From Paraspadella gotoi (taxonomy: Eukaryota; Animalia; Chaetognatha), in assembly GCA_051294375.1 (NCBI GenBank), contig CM119263.1, positions 12,503,723 to 12,567,722 on the forward strand: a stretch of DNA of 64,000 nt, read 5' to 3'. Position numbers and translations under genes: made by a program. How positions within the stretch are numbered: position 1 is the first letter of the stretch; each line of letters opens with the position of its first letter. Shown here one piece after another: positions 18,163 to 31,178 of the stretch. The notes beneath the pieces are model-generated. The model ran no database searches, was not told where the DNA came from, and worked only from the letters and a program-made list of their open reading frames with translations.

Positions 18163-19311
18163 GGCGATGTTTGTAGTAGCTTTATTATCTCAGGAGCAGC
18201 CGATTTTTTTTTTTATTACAATTTGTGCTCGTTTTTTCAATTCACGATTATTTTATTTTATTTTATACAGTTTACATGTACAGATCGAAAAGCGCAAGTG
18301 ATTAAAAAAATAGTATTCATTCTCGTTTGTAACCGAGAGGAATTACAAAAATTAAATGTTTTAATCCATGAGCTTTTTTAAAAAAATTGGCAATTGAGGA
18401 TTTTTGTTACTCTGATCCGAGTCGCAAATAAGAAAAAACTTGAAAAAAAAATATGATGTCAAATCATAAAAATTTCCCACACAAATTTGATCGAATAGCA
18501 GAAAAAGAGGAATTTTGTAATTTTTGGTTGAAAGCAGAACGACCTCGACGGTGAATCAAGTGATGAGGGAAAAGAACCTCGAGAAAGGATGATGATTGCG
18601 AGGATAAACACAATGATGATGATGATGATGATGTCCTCCCTCATCTCTTTCATTTCTTTGGATAGCCTTCCCTAGCGCGTGTGATCTCTCTCACTAACTT
18701 GCTTGCTTTCTTATACCTAACTTACCTACCGTTACTTATACCTATACTTATGTAATGTAATGTATATGAATATCTTCGAGAAAAAAAATCTACACAATAT
18801 TCAACGGTTAAGACTTTATATTAAACTCTGTTCATCATTTTATTCTGTTCAATATTTTATCTTTTATAATTTTTTTATTAATGATTTTCTAACAGAAGTG
18901 AAGTATAATATCTATTAAAAAACTAAGGCAGAAAGTAATTAAACCTTGTGTTGTATAGATCAGATTTCCAGAAGAAAATACTAACATCACCATCCAAATT
19001 AATAATATTTGATTTAAATAATTAAACATAAGGAATAAAAAAACAGAAATGAAATATGAAAAAAAAAGAATAAAATCATAAATATTAAATTTTTGAAATT
19101 GTAAATAACTTCAGATAGTAAAACAAGTAATTTTGCTCGAAACTTTCAAGTTACCAACTGCATTTTCAGCTCCCGAAAACTGTTTTTAGAAACTGAGTAA
19201 ATTTGTTGACGACGCTCCTTCTTCACCCTAGTTTCTCACCACGCCGACTGAAAACAATTGTAATCGAGTGGTAAACAATAAGGGAATTTCGGGTTGAATT
19301 CGATCATTAAA

Positions 19312-19343
<32 letters not shown>

Positions 19344-19353
19344 TCTCTCTCTC

Positions 19354-19412
<59 letters not shown>

Positions 19413-20233
19413 CTAACTCTCTCTGTCTCTTTCTCTCTCTCTCTCCGGCTTACTTTTAAATCTCCCTCCTTTTCTAACATTTTAAATTCATTATTCTCTC
19501 TTCAACCCATAGATTATATTCTGCCTTTTTTGTTTTTAAATTAAAATAAATTAATTTTTTACTCAACGTATTAATTCAAATTTGTCTACATATGTTTTAT
19601 CATCCGCGACTATAAATATTTTCTGGGTAAGGGGTTCTTCTTCTCTCTATTGAAATAATTCTTTCGGGCGAAAAAACCAATTTTCTTTCCAATCCATGGC
19701 GCCCCATGGTTCCATTGGTTCAATGGTAGTTCCGACTTATATCTTGATGATAGTTTGTCAAATGATGACGATGATGTTCCGTCTCTGAGCAATGATACAT
19801 TTTATCTTTTAGTAAGTTTTTATAAATAAAAAATATTTAATATAATTCTAGTTTTGCTGACAGGTTGTCAATGTGAACCTTTGTTTAAAGCATTAATTAA
19901 TTTAATACATAAAATCTAATTCTAAATATCAACATATTAAAAGAAAATTTTATTTAGTCTAGTAGTAAATAAATACAACGCAAGCATTGTTTTTTAAATC
20001 ATATTAAGACACTTTATTTGGTGAAAATAAATGGGCAAAAAATTCATGATAAAATATAGTCTTCTTTGGAATATTCTTATAATAGCTGTTTTTAGCAATA
20101 CAGCGTTAGAATCGAAAATATTTCTACGCACAAACTAACAACAAAAAAAAAAACAAAACAAAAAAAAAACAACAAAAAACAAAAACCAAAAACCAAAACT
20201 GGCCGAATTCAAAAAGAGACTGGCGATATCCAG

Positions 20234-23200
20234 TCAACTCTTCTTCTGAAAATGTATGTAAATTTTTCCATAGGGAAGAGAGGAAAAGATTTCGAGAGCG
20301 CGCTTGAACGAGGACTCTCGGAGATCGTGGGCGTTGATACCGAGAATGCGGTCGCCGACTCTGCGATTTGGGGATTGAAGGATAGGGGGAGTAAGGGATT
20401 AGATTAAAGATACAGGATTAAGGATTAAGGATTAAGGATTCAACTCCAACAAAGCCTCGTTATCATTTACCCGATGACTCCAGCTCTGTCGGCGTAGCTC
20501 CCTCTCATGATATCCTTGACGAATATTCCGCACATCTCCATCTTCTGATAGAGGTTGCCCTCGGGATGCCGGAGGTCGGGCTGTTGACGCACGACGTATC
20601 CCGGAGATATTCCGAGCCCAAGCGGCTCTTCGGGAGCTGAGGGGAGAAGGAAATTACGTCTAAAGGCAAGGAAGATCTTTTAAAAAATGAATAAGGCAAA
20701 AGTCAACATTTTTTGTTGTCAGAATGACAACGCGTCTCTGCTATCCGTCTNNNNNNNNNNTGGACAATCTTTTAAAAAATTAATAAGGCAAAAGTCAACA
20801 TTTTTTTTTGGTCAGAATGACAACGCNNNNNNNNNNGCCGTGTAAATCCTCCCCGACTTTTCCGCTCCGATCCCGGATCTCATTTGCATATTCGCTTTTT
20901 GATTGATGACTCTCCGCTCCTCGTCCTTATTCTCCCTCCTTCCCTCCACTTCCGTCGCCGGGAAGCGATTTTCCCCTCCGCTTCGATGATTCCGCTTCAC
21001 TTCATTCAAATTCCGAAGATTCGCTTCCATTCGGAGCTGAAAGTCCGCTTCGGCGTCGATGGCGCCGTCGATGGCGCCGTCGATGGCGCCGTCGGGACTG
21101 GAAACGAACCCAACGTTTTTGATCGTCCGCTCCGCAGGCGTGGCTGGAGGAGAGTCGCCGAAACCCGGAGGCGGAGGCGGAACAGGTTGAACAGGGATCC
21201 TCTTCCTCGGAGAGACCGGGCGGAGGAGATGGAGGCGGCGGGAGAGGAAGAGGGGAAGGAAGGGGAGAGGGGACAGAGAAATAACAGAGGGAGGAGGGGG
21301 AAGCGGGGAGGGAGAGGAAAGGAAGGAGAAGATACGGAGTTGAGTTTTGGAAGGAAGAGGGGGAGGAAACTTCGAGGGAAGAAAGGAAGATTGAAGAGGC
21401 GAAAGGCGAGGAAAGGAGAGGGGAGAGGAAGGGGAATTAGAAGATTAGAGGAAGAGGAAAGGGAAGGAAAGGGAGGAAGGGAAAAAGGATGGGACGTTGA
21501 GTTTGAGAAAGATAGGGAAACAGGCGGAGATACGGAAGAAGGGGACGAGAAAGGGAGGCAATGAGGAATGGGTAAGGGAAGACTGTGGAAAGGAGAATGC
21601 GGGACCGATTTAGTTCTCTGTCCTGCGGGAAGTTCATCATCGTCGTCGTCGTCTTTTTTCGTTTTCCTATCGTCGACCAAACGCTCCTCGAGTGGAGACG
21701 GCGCAGAAAGGAGAGACGGTTGAGAAGCGTCTGAGGACGAAGACGAGGAAGAGGCCAATGAGGCCATCTTCGAGCCATGTCCCGTTTCAACTTCGTCGTC
21801 GCCGGAACGCGGCAAGGGAGAGGGCGACGACGGCAGAGGAGACGGTGACGAGGGATGAGGAGAAGACGAGGAGGTAAAGGAGGAGGCGGAGGAGGCGGCG
21901 GAAGAGGATGGGGCCGTCACCGTTGGCGCCGTCGACGGAGGGACGACGGTGACGATGGTTTCGGATCGATTAAAGTTGGGAACGTGGATGAGCGCCTGTT
22001 CCACGGGCGATGGAGACGAGAAGGGGACGGGTTGATCTTCCCCGTCCTCGTCGTCTTCCTCGTCGTCGTAGAAAGCGTTGAAGGTTCTCACGGCGTCGAG
22101 TCGACACGTGGGCGCCACCTCCACGTCCGTCGACGCCAAAGAACTCAGCGAGACGCGCGAATCCTGCTTCCGATGGGCGACGACAACGCCGTGAGTCGTT
22201 CTTGTCGTCGTCGCGAAAGAAGGTTTTTCCCTCGACGATTCTTCATCGGGAGCGGAGGAGAGAGACGAATGGGCGCGGGCCGGGGGTTTCGGTTTTGGCG
22301 GCAAAAGTTGCGGGGAGAATTCGGAAGAGTAGGTGATCACGCGGGTGGCGTCCGAGCTGTAACAAGGGAGGGGAAGGATACGGGTTGAACCGTTGTGATC
22401 TACTCACAACATATATGTCTTGTATAAATATTTTAGATGAAAAGATAATAAATATATATGTACGAAAAAATATAGAATCTAAGGTAAAAGGATAAAAAAG
22501 CAAAGTCAAAGATATTAAGTAGATCATTGAAACTAAAGGAAAAAAAATGGAACGAATCAAAGTTACGACCGCGAGAGGAGGGGTCGATGTTGGGGGGAAA
22601 AAGGGGGGGGGAGTAAGAATTACTCTCAAAGAAAATCCTTTTTCCTCATCCGCCCAAGACTATCAAAGAAGTTTCACCCAAAAGGTCAATCCATTCCGCA
22701 AGTCTCTCTCTCTCTATCTTTCTCTCTCTTCTCTTCCACATTTCGTTCCCTCGAATGAAAAATGAATTTCACCTTTCGTTCTTGAGATCTAAATTCCCTC
22801 ACCTCTACCCCTTCTCCATCCTTATTATGATGACGTGCCTTTAAAAAACATGCTGACTTGTTAACTTCAATTTCACAACATTCTGAGATTTCAGAGTAGT
22901 TTTATTAATGAAAAAAATAATAGATAAAACGTAAATAATTTGTCATTTATTCATCGTCATCGTCATCGTCATCATCGTCGTCATCGGAGTCAACGACATT
23001 GTTTTAACCTTTGATTCATCTGAGTTTCTTTCTTCGCGCTTTTGTTGTTCTGCTTCGACTTGACAACGAGTCTCAAGTGTCCTTTGGCCGCGCGAAAAAC
23101 CCTGCGAGAAAAAAAAATGGGAAAAAATTTATAAGCGATAATACCACAACAAAACCACCGAACTTTGTTAAATATAAATGAATTGTAATTTTAAGTATAG

Positions 23201-26200
23201 CTCTTAAATATTTCACTAAGTTGTACTGCATTTCGTCATTTTTTTGGGTTTTATTTTGGTTTAAACGGCTGAACGAGTTATCCGAAACGACTTATTCCCG
23301 TTATGGCTTCTTTGACATTGTGACAAGTCTTATGAGTTGAGGTGCATTTTACTGTATTAGGTTACTGTATACGTATCACTTGTCGAGAGTGAATTAAGTT
23401 TTATATTGAAATATTGTATTTAGATTAATAAACAGATCAAGAGGCGACGTTATAAAAATAAGCGATGATAAACGGAGACAAATGGCATCTATCGTAAACA
23501 AATGTAAACAAGCGAAGAAAAAAGGGTTAAAGTGAAAGTCTTTGGCAACTTTAGCTTCATCGTCGGCTTCAACTGTAAAATCTTCGACGGTGGAGAAAAT
23601 AACCAATGACTAAATTTTCCCGTTGGGTGGAGGCGGGTATCAAATCTCTCACTATATAATATAAGATCATTCGACCAGCGAATAAAAACAATCATGGATC
23701 GGATGCCAAGCCAAAACAACCACAATAATAAACGAATTCCCTTAGAAAGCCTCAAGTAAAGGAACGATATAACGAGGCTTATCAAAATGGTGTACATTTA
23801 TATTGGTTGTACCAATTTTGTATTTCAAATTTGTGCTTTCGTAGGATCTCACGGAGACCGGTATTATTTTAATGTTACTTCTCGATTTTATTTTTAGATT
23901 TTACTTAAAATATAGACACCACGGGAAAAAAACTAACTTTCAAAAAATGACAATCTGTAAAGATTGAATAATTTGGGCATTCGTAATTGTAGACGGAGAA
24001 AAAGGAGAGGAACCAACTAAAGAACGACGTCACGAAATCATAGGCGAAAAAAAAAGTTCCAATCTAAACAACCTGAACGCGAAAACACTCGTAATCGAAA
24101 ACGTGATTGCGTAAAGGCTCAATCAAAGTTATACGTTTAATTCTTTCAAAACCTCCATAATTGATCATAATTGATAACACTGAAAACCTCGACAAATTTC
24201 TTAAGCTCGTTCGAACTAGGAAAGCAAAACATAACCTCTTTTTTAAAAAAATATTTATATTTCTGTTTTAACTGTCAATCATAATAAAAAGAGGTCAACA
24301 GTCTCTCCGACTCAAAACCTCTCGCGACTTGAGACGAACGGCAAAAAGCGAAAGTAGCTCGAGTCGTAATCAAGTTCTTCCGGTCTTCCAGTTTTACGCC
24401 GACCATTTCCGCCGCACTTAACGACGGACGGGAGTGGCTCGGCCATCCCGTTTCTCTAGACATCTCGAAAAAAAAAAACCTCTGTGCTCTTTAACAATAT
24501 ACGGGGAACATCGGGCAATCTATCGGCAGAAGAAAAATCGAGCCATCCGTATCACTACATTAATCGACTTCTATTTAAAATATTAAAAAAAATATTTATT
24601 ATAATTATAATAATTCACGGTTGGCTATTGGAAAAAAAAGCAAGACTTATAGCTGCCTCACTGCTGTTCGTCCTCAGCCTCGTCTCAATGGCTGAGCACT
24701 GCTCAGTGAGCAGGCTAAATCATCTCGTTACAACCGTGCGTCCCGGGTTCAATCCCCCTTAAATGTGACTGAGCCGGTCTAAACATGTCCTAACACGACG
24801 ATAACCATCATAACTCGTCTGTCTTTCCGTAAAGATTTCCAAACCTGATGGCCTCCTCGTGCGTCAGCCCCTTCAAGGTCTGCCCGTTGACCCCGAGGAT
24901 CTCGTCGCCCTCCCTCAGCCGTCCGTCGTCGCGGGCCGAGCCGCGATTGAAGATGCGCTTCACGTAGAAGCCCATCGGGCCGCGGAGAGAGTCGATGCCC
25001 CCGACGATGGAGAAGCCGAGACCGCGACCAGCGGCAGGCTGGAGAAACAAATAGGAAATTTTATGTAGGTTTAGTTAAATTATAAATAGGTCATTTGTTA
25101 ATGAAATGTGAAATTGTCAGTTTGGATATTACCATTCCAGCTTATTTTCGACTTTTTAATGAGCTTCAATATTATTCAATTATACATATATGATGAACGA
25201 AATATGTCAGGTTAAGACAGATGATTGAGTTATTTCGAGTTTCCCCTGTCTAATACGACTAATATTCATGATAGTAGAATTTTGGCTATTTTGCTTATTA
25301 TTACTAACCTGCAAACTGGTACTGTTTTTGGGTAAGGTTATCGAGTGTACGTGACCGGACCTGTCACGGTCTTGGTTCCATTCAATTCCATCGTCTTGAC
25401 CAGAATGCCACCCGTTGTCTTTTACCGAGTTTTCTCCTTCTCCAGGAAACTCATTTAGATTCATCTCTCGTTGCTCTTTTGTTTCGTCTCCCATCGAGCA
25501 TTTCGCGTTTTGGCCGCTACTTGAATACGGCGCTGACGCGGTTGACATTTGATTCAGAGCCCGCGAGAAGGTCGCGTCGTCTTTCTTCGTCACTTGGGAA
25601 TTGGTTTTCGTCACGCAGGGCGTCGCCGTCGCCGTCGTCGTCGTCGTCGCCGAGGCCGAAGAAATTTTCGGCGATGCCGGCTTGGAAACGCGTCCGGCCG
25701 CGACGCCGCCGTCCTTTTTGCCACTACGGCGCCGCCTTGAGCCGCGTTTGGCACCGCTACGATTCGAACCACGCCCTTCGCTCATCTGGATCCCGGAATC
25801 GCGCCAAGATCGAGATCCGCGTCGCTCAAAAGCCAACGGCGTCGTTCTCCCGCGAGATGCTCGGAATCTGGAGGAAAGGAGTCGCTGGAGAAGCGGGTCG
25901 TCCTCGCCGACGTTGTCGTCAGGTGTCGGCGAGGCGACGACCGGTTCCAGGATTCGCGAAAGGCGCTGGCTCAAATCTTCGACGCCGTTGACGTCTTTGA
26001 CACATCGAGGCTTCTTTCTTCTCTCACATCCGCCTTCGTTCCCGAGTTCTCTTCTTGGACCTCCGAGGAGCTCCTTCGCGTCTCCGCCTTGGACTCGCGA
26101 TTCGCGCGGAGTCCATTTTCGAGATCTGGAGACGAGAAGAGACACGATGGTGCCCGCCTCGACGGCGCGAAGTCGTTCCACAGCGAATTTGAAGTCCACG

Positions 26201-29200
26201 TCTACGAGGGAGTCCGAGTTTATCGCTAAAAGCTGGTCGCCGATGCAAAGACGGCCGTCCCTGGAAGATTAAAATGTTACTCAGCTTTCGAATTTAAAGG
26301 CAACGAAAAATGTCTCCAACTAATTAACAATAAGCAAACAAAGCCGGATCTGCACGAGGGCATTTAACGGTAAGCAGCGAATCAGATGATAATTTAAGAT
26401 TATTCTTACAATTTTTTTTATTTAATACAATATAATTCGATGTTCTGAGATGATTTACCTAAATGATTTATCGACAAGACTTAGGGGTGAGACCGACTGA
26501 CTGACAAAGTGAATTATAGAGCCGGGATGAGCTGTAAGCAGATCCGGCTAAAAAGCTTTCAGCTTACCTCTGAGCCGCCCCGCCCGGAAATATCCGTCCT
26601 ACGAAAATTCCTTGCTGTTGCTGTTCTTGTTGCTCTGTTTTGGAGAAGCAGCCTTGCAGCTGCAAACCCAGCCCACCGCAGGCCTCCTTTCGAATCTCTA
26701 TCCGCGCAATTTTTGGGTTTTTAGCCTTGATTCTCGGCAACGTCAGCCCTTGGAATTTATGCTGCTCATTTTGATCTTGCTGCGTTCGTTCTTGAGGTAG
26801 TTCGGGATGTTCTCTCGAATGCTGCAAGGGCGGAAGCGTCCTCGAACAAATTGCAGGGTCCTGGGAGCTATTTGCCGACAGAGTTTCTTGCTGACAACGT
26901 TGATGTGCTTGAAAAGCGTCGGAACTCGACTCGAGCTGCGGAAGCTGCGTCGAAGATTGGGAGTTGTTGGAGGCGGCATTTATCGTGGGTGTGTCGAACC
27001 TGAAGATCTTTTTATTTTTCAGCGGATGAGGAGACGTCGGAAAGAGAGGGTTCAACATCTCTGGATGATGTTCCGAATCTGAGAGTTTGGGATATATCAT
27101 AAGTAAATCTTTCTTTCTTTGGCTTGTCTCATAATTTTTAAGTTTTATTTTCATGATAGAGACAGAATCGAACCCTTCCATCGATGCAAGCAGCCTGAAA
27201 TCCAACCTTTATTTTACTTTTCTCTTTTCTTATCTTTTATTTTTCCCTTCTAAACTTATTAATCTTATCTCACCTTTCAAATCGCCACTGAATCTGACGC
27301 CAAATTCTTTAGGCATTGGCGTCGACGGAGTTGGAATGGACTCTCCGGCATCCGGAGCGAAGGAAGCGGCCGACCAACTTCGCGGACGCGAGACTAGAGA
27401 CTGAACGTCGCTCGACATTGTCGATTGGCGCGAACGAGGAGAGCTCGGCGACGTGGCACGAGGGTCGAGGGGCGAAAGGGATAATCGGGGGGATCCGGGC
27501 GTTGTGGTGTGGGAATAGAAGGGCGGGAGGGGTGACAGAGGGGAACCGGGCGACGTAGCTTTAGGAGACAGAGGTGGCACGAATGGCGTCGTCAGGGGCG
27601 AGGTCGCTCTTGACGTTTGTCTTCGAGGAATCGTCGGTGTTGCCTCCACCGATCGACGGTCCGGCTCGGATGATCGAGAGTCGGGTCGAAACAGCGCCGC
27701 TACGGACGCCATTGGAGATGGGCCCCTCCGGTTTTCAATGTCCTTGGGGAGGAAGATTTCTGGAAGTAAAGAAAGAAAGTTTCAAGTTTAGAGAATAAAG
27801 AATTGACAACTAAGAATAAAATAACTAACCAGAAACGGGTCTGCGCTTTTTGGATCCATTGGACGTATTGAAACTGAAATGGATGACAAGAATTATTTAA
27901 TAATAAGTTAATGCGTCTCTTTTTATCTCATTTCTGATACAAAATAACTCTGTTTATAGTTTAAGCGTGAAAACCGTGACGAAATAAAAATGTGTTAAAG
28001 TTACTGAAAATGAGAAGTTACTTTAATAAAGGACGAATTCTGAGATTGTCTAATTCAATCAAGCTTCAAGCATCAAGCGAACGTGGTGTGACTCATTGCT
28101 TCTTTATCAGTGATTATGAGTTTAGAACTACCATTTCCACGTCGTGACTTTTTAATCTTCACGATATTTCTCTTGGTGAATCTGAGACGATCATAGTGAC
28201 TCGGTTACCTGACGATTTGTCGCCAGTCATCAGCATTAACTTTATTTTCTCCATCATTAAACACTTCTTTGCTGTTCTTGCTAATACCATGGCGAGAGCT
28301 GTCATCGACTGAGTGATTTACAGCGTCGCCACTCAGAATTGCCTCAGCTTTTCCGAGATCTTCCAGCATTTTTCGACACACGAATGAACTACGTCAATTT
28401 TAAAGATGATAACTTAGACTTTCGAAACATTTTTAAAGTTCATTTTCTTACTGTTATTTCGTAAACTCTTCTTTTCACTTATTTAAGTTTATATTAAACT
28501 TTCTGATATATAACTAGATTATACTAAGCGAAACAGTTTAATTCGAAACGATAAGGTCAAGTTATCATCCGAAAAACATACGGGTGCCTTGAAAAGCCTT
28601 TCAAAGAAAACTGTTGCGTGGGGCGACACAAACAGCAGATTCGAGGCAAAGATTCGATCGCGCGTGATGCGGAGACACACACAGAATTACAATTAGTGGC
28701 AGTTGGGAGAGAGAGGGAAGGGATTGAGTCGCTTGGGGCAGTTTGACTCGGCATCGGAGCTGCGATTGTGATGGCAGAAGAAGATGCAACCGCGTCACCG
28801 TCACGATTCGTTAATACGGTAAAGTGTTCTACAGAACTTTCCCGCTTTGAGTCAAGGGTTATATTAGTCTGGACGTGATTAGATTGAACCGAAATACTCA
28901 AATCTTTCGTATGTTCGATACAAGTGAATCGAGGCATAGAGTCGGAAAGAAATCGATCGAAATGTCGCTCGGGACGAATGTCCGATTCGGGATTATGGTT
29001 ATTATTGCGCTTTATTGAGACCCCAACGTACTTTTCACTTTCTTTATCGCGGCAGATGGGTTTCGGTTCCGCCTTAAATTTAAGCTCAAAATCTAAATCC
29101 GAGACACACGTGGGTTCCAAGTCCCCGGACGCAACGGATTTGACGAAACTCGCGGCTTCGGTTTCCGAGAAAAGACGAAAAGAAAGAAATTGAGAGGGAC

Positions 29201-30478
29201 AGTCGAATCTGAGGCATGCATGAAATAGAGAATAGAAAGAAAGAAAAAAGAAAGTTGAGAAAAGAATAGATGGAAAAATTAAAATTTTGAACATTCAACT
29301 ATTAATTATAAAGAAGATTATGATTAAGATTATTATTCCTCCGCTGACTATCTACTACTAAGTATACCATCCATGTTGTGAGGTATCAATTTCCAAATGT
29401 TTCTTACGTCTTATTAAGAATGTTTTCCCTTCACCAGTCACCATTCACCAAGCCCAGCTCCTTTTCACTTACTTTCTCAGCGTGATCCCACTGTTGTATC
29501 CGTGACCCTCGTAGTCGGTGTCCCACTCCGTGATGACGTCGCAAAAACGAGCCTTCCAACTCGAACGAGAAGTGGGCGTGTCCTCGCCACCCGACGAGCA
29601 ACTGGAGAATCGCCGCGGAGATTCCCAGTAGGGAGACGTCAGTTCGCGTTGAATCACGTGATCGGAAAAGGAGACGACGGGATTTCGATGTTTGTTGCCT
29701 ACGGTGAAAAAAAAAATATCCGGATTGTTATACCGAAATTAACTTACTTAACAGACTAAAAATTGGTATTAGCAATATATTTGTAGTAAAGAATACTTGA
29801 GCAGCGAGCTGAGATTGTGAAAAGCCTGGCAATGATAAAAAAGGGAAAAAATGAAAGATAACGAGGGGGAAAAACTGCGACGAAGAGCAACGAGGTATTT
29901 TGTAAGAATTGTGACTCGCAATGCGACAGATGGCAGACCACACTACAGATGGCAGACCACACGACAGATGGCAGACCACACGACAGATGACAGACCACAC
30001 GACAGATGGCAGACCACACGAAGCGCTTCAAGCGCAAAAAGGAAAAAAAAATCTCAATATCAAGATATAGATTTCACGAAGAAAATTTTTTTTTTTTAAC
30101 ATCGTCTATGTTTATTTTGAATTGAAGTTCGATGGCGAGGGATTCAAAAACTCATTTTCCTACTGATTTAAAATTAATTGGTAAACAAAAACAGGAATTA
30201 CGCTGAGGATCTCGAGCGGACTCGGAGGGGGTCATAAACGGAGGAAAGTCGGGGGTTGTAGAAGAGGGAGGGGGGGGGGAGTATTTTTTAGCGTCGCGAG
30301 AGAATTTCAGTTATGAAGTTAACGGAAAGCGTTCAACTTTATGCATACTAACTAAAAAAAAAAAGTTTTTTTGATCGATACTTTCGTGATTATTTAATTG
30401 ATTGATTTATTTCATTCAACTCACCTTTGAGACTGATTCCTTCGAAAATGTCTTCGATGCGACGCTCCTTTATCTTTC
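20234..30478 (-). CDS. Multi-PDZ scaffold protein, PDZD2 / pro-interleukin-16 / Drosophila big bang-like (3 PDZ domains); first exon lies further upstream
   Basis: Phase-consistent exons 30478-30425, 29698-29473, 27873-27830, 27759-27274, 27078-26568, 26260-25309, 25038-24845, 23101-23009, 22356-(unresolved through ~20840: low complexity and N gaps), 20636-20471, 20360-20234. PDZ1: GGLGLQLQG...[32 protein letters not shown]2: [59 protein letters not shown], typical of the PDZD2/IL16 family. PDZ3: PLGLGIS...[29 protein letters not shown]. Confidence 0.85.
24655..24801 (-). ncRNA. Possible distant third member of the structured RNA-like family, or a tRNA-derived SINE remnant, in a PDZ-gene intron
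   Basis: Shares ordered + strand motifs with copy 2: GCCTCACT, TCRTCCT(T)CAGCC-loop-TGGCTSAG, ACA(T)GTCCTAA. Also has hairpins CTCAGCC/GGCTGAG and CTGCTC/GAGCAG and a B-box-like GGTTCAATCC at 24746-24755. Confidence 0.35.
28209..28369 (-). CDS. Candidate alternative internal first coding exon of the PDZ gene
   Basis: ATG-initiated open frame [20 protein letters not shown]...DWRQIV ending at AG|GTAACC in phase 2, compatible with the acceptor at 27873. Confidence 0.45.
29925..30021. repeat. Minisatellite, 5 x 19 bp (GACAGATGGCAGACCACAC)
   Basis: Five head-to-tail units with two single-base variants and no spacers. Confidence 0.95.
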
Positions 30479-30554
30479 CTGCAAAAAAAAATTGGAACTT
30501 ATTAATTCATTAATTTACTCGGTCATTCATTCATTGATTCATTCATTTACTAAT

Positions 30555-30891
30555 TTCTTTCTTTCTTTCTTTCTTTCTTTCTTTTTTTCTTTCTTTCTTT
30601 CTTTCTTAATCTCTCCTTCTTTCTATGTCTTTTTCTACTTTTTAATCTCTCCTTCTTTCTATGTCTTTTTCCACTTTTTCTTATTCTTTCTTTCTTTCTT
30701 TCTTTCTTCTTTTTCTTTCTTCTTTCTTCCTTCTTTCCTTTCTTTCTTTCTTTCTTTCTTCTTCTTTCTTCTTAATCTCTCCTTCTTTCTATGTCTTTTT
30801 CTACTTTTTAATCTCTCCTTCTTTCTATGTCTTTCCACTTTTTCTCTTCTTTCTTTTATTTTCCTTTCTTTCTTTCTTTCTTTCTTTCTTC

Positions 30892-30923
<32 letters not shown>

Positions 30924-30940
30924 TTTTCTTCTCTCTTTCT
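30555..30940. repeat. (TTTC)n-rich tract with four copies of TTAATCTCTCCTTCTTTCTATGTCTTT
   Basis: Seen directly. A near-identical unit recurs at ~40666-40700 beside another (TTTC)n tract. Confidence 0.85.
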
Positions 30941-31121
30941 CTATCCCCGTCCCTCACCCACTTCCGGCAAAGGAAAATAAAGCGCCCCCACGCCATCCAT
31001 CTTTCGACGTTGGCGTAACTTTTTGCGTCATTTTGATTCATTTCCGGTTTCCCCTTCACGGAAAGAATACGACCGTGCCAAACGGTGCACGCGAGAGGTC
31101 CGCGCGTAAAAAAAAATATGG

Positions 31122-31178
<57 letters not shown>

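Noticed and set aside
20675-20836. ~60-bp direct duplication around N runs
   Set aside because: The copies flank 10-N gaps, typical of unmerged contig overlap.
29925-30021. 19-bp repeat array as a CRISPR-like locus
   Set aside because: Units are contiguous with no unique spacers, no cas genes are present, and the context is a eukaryotic intron.
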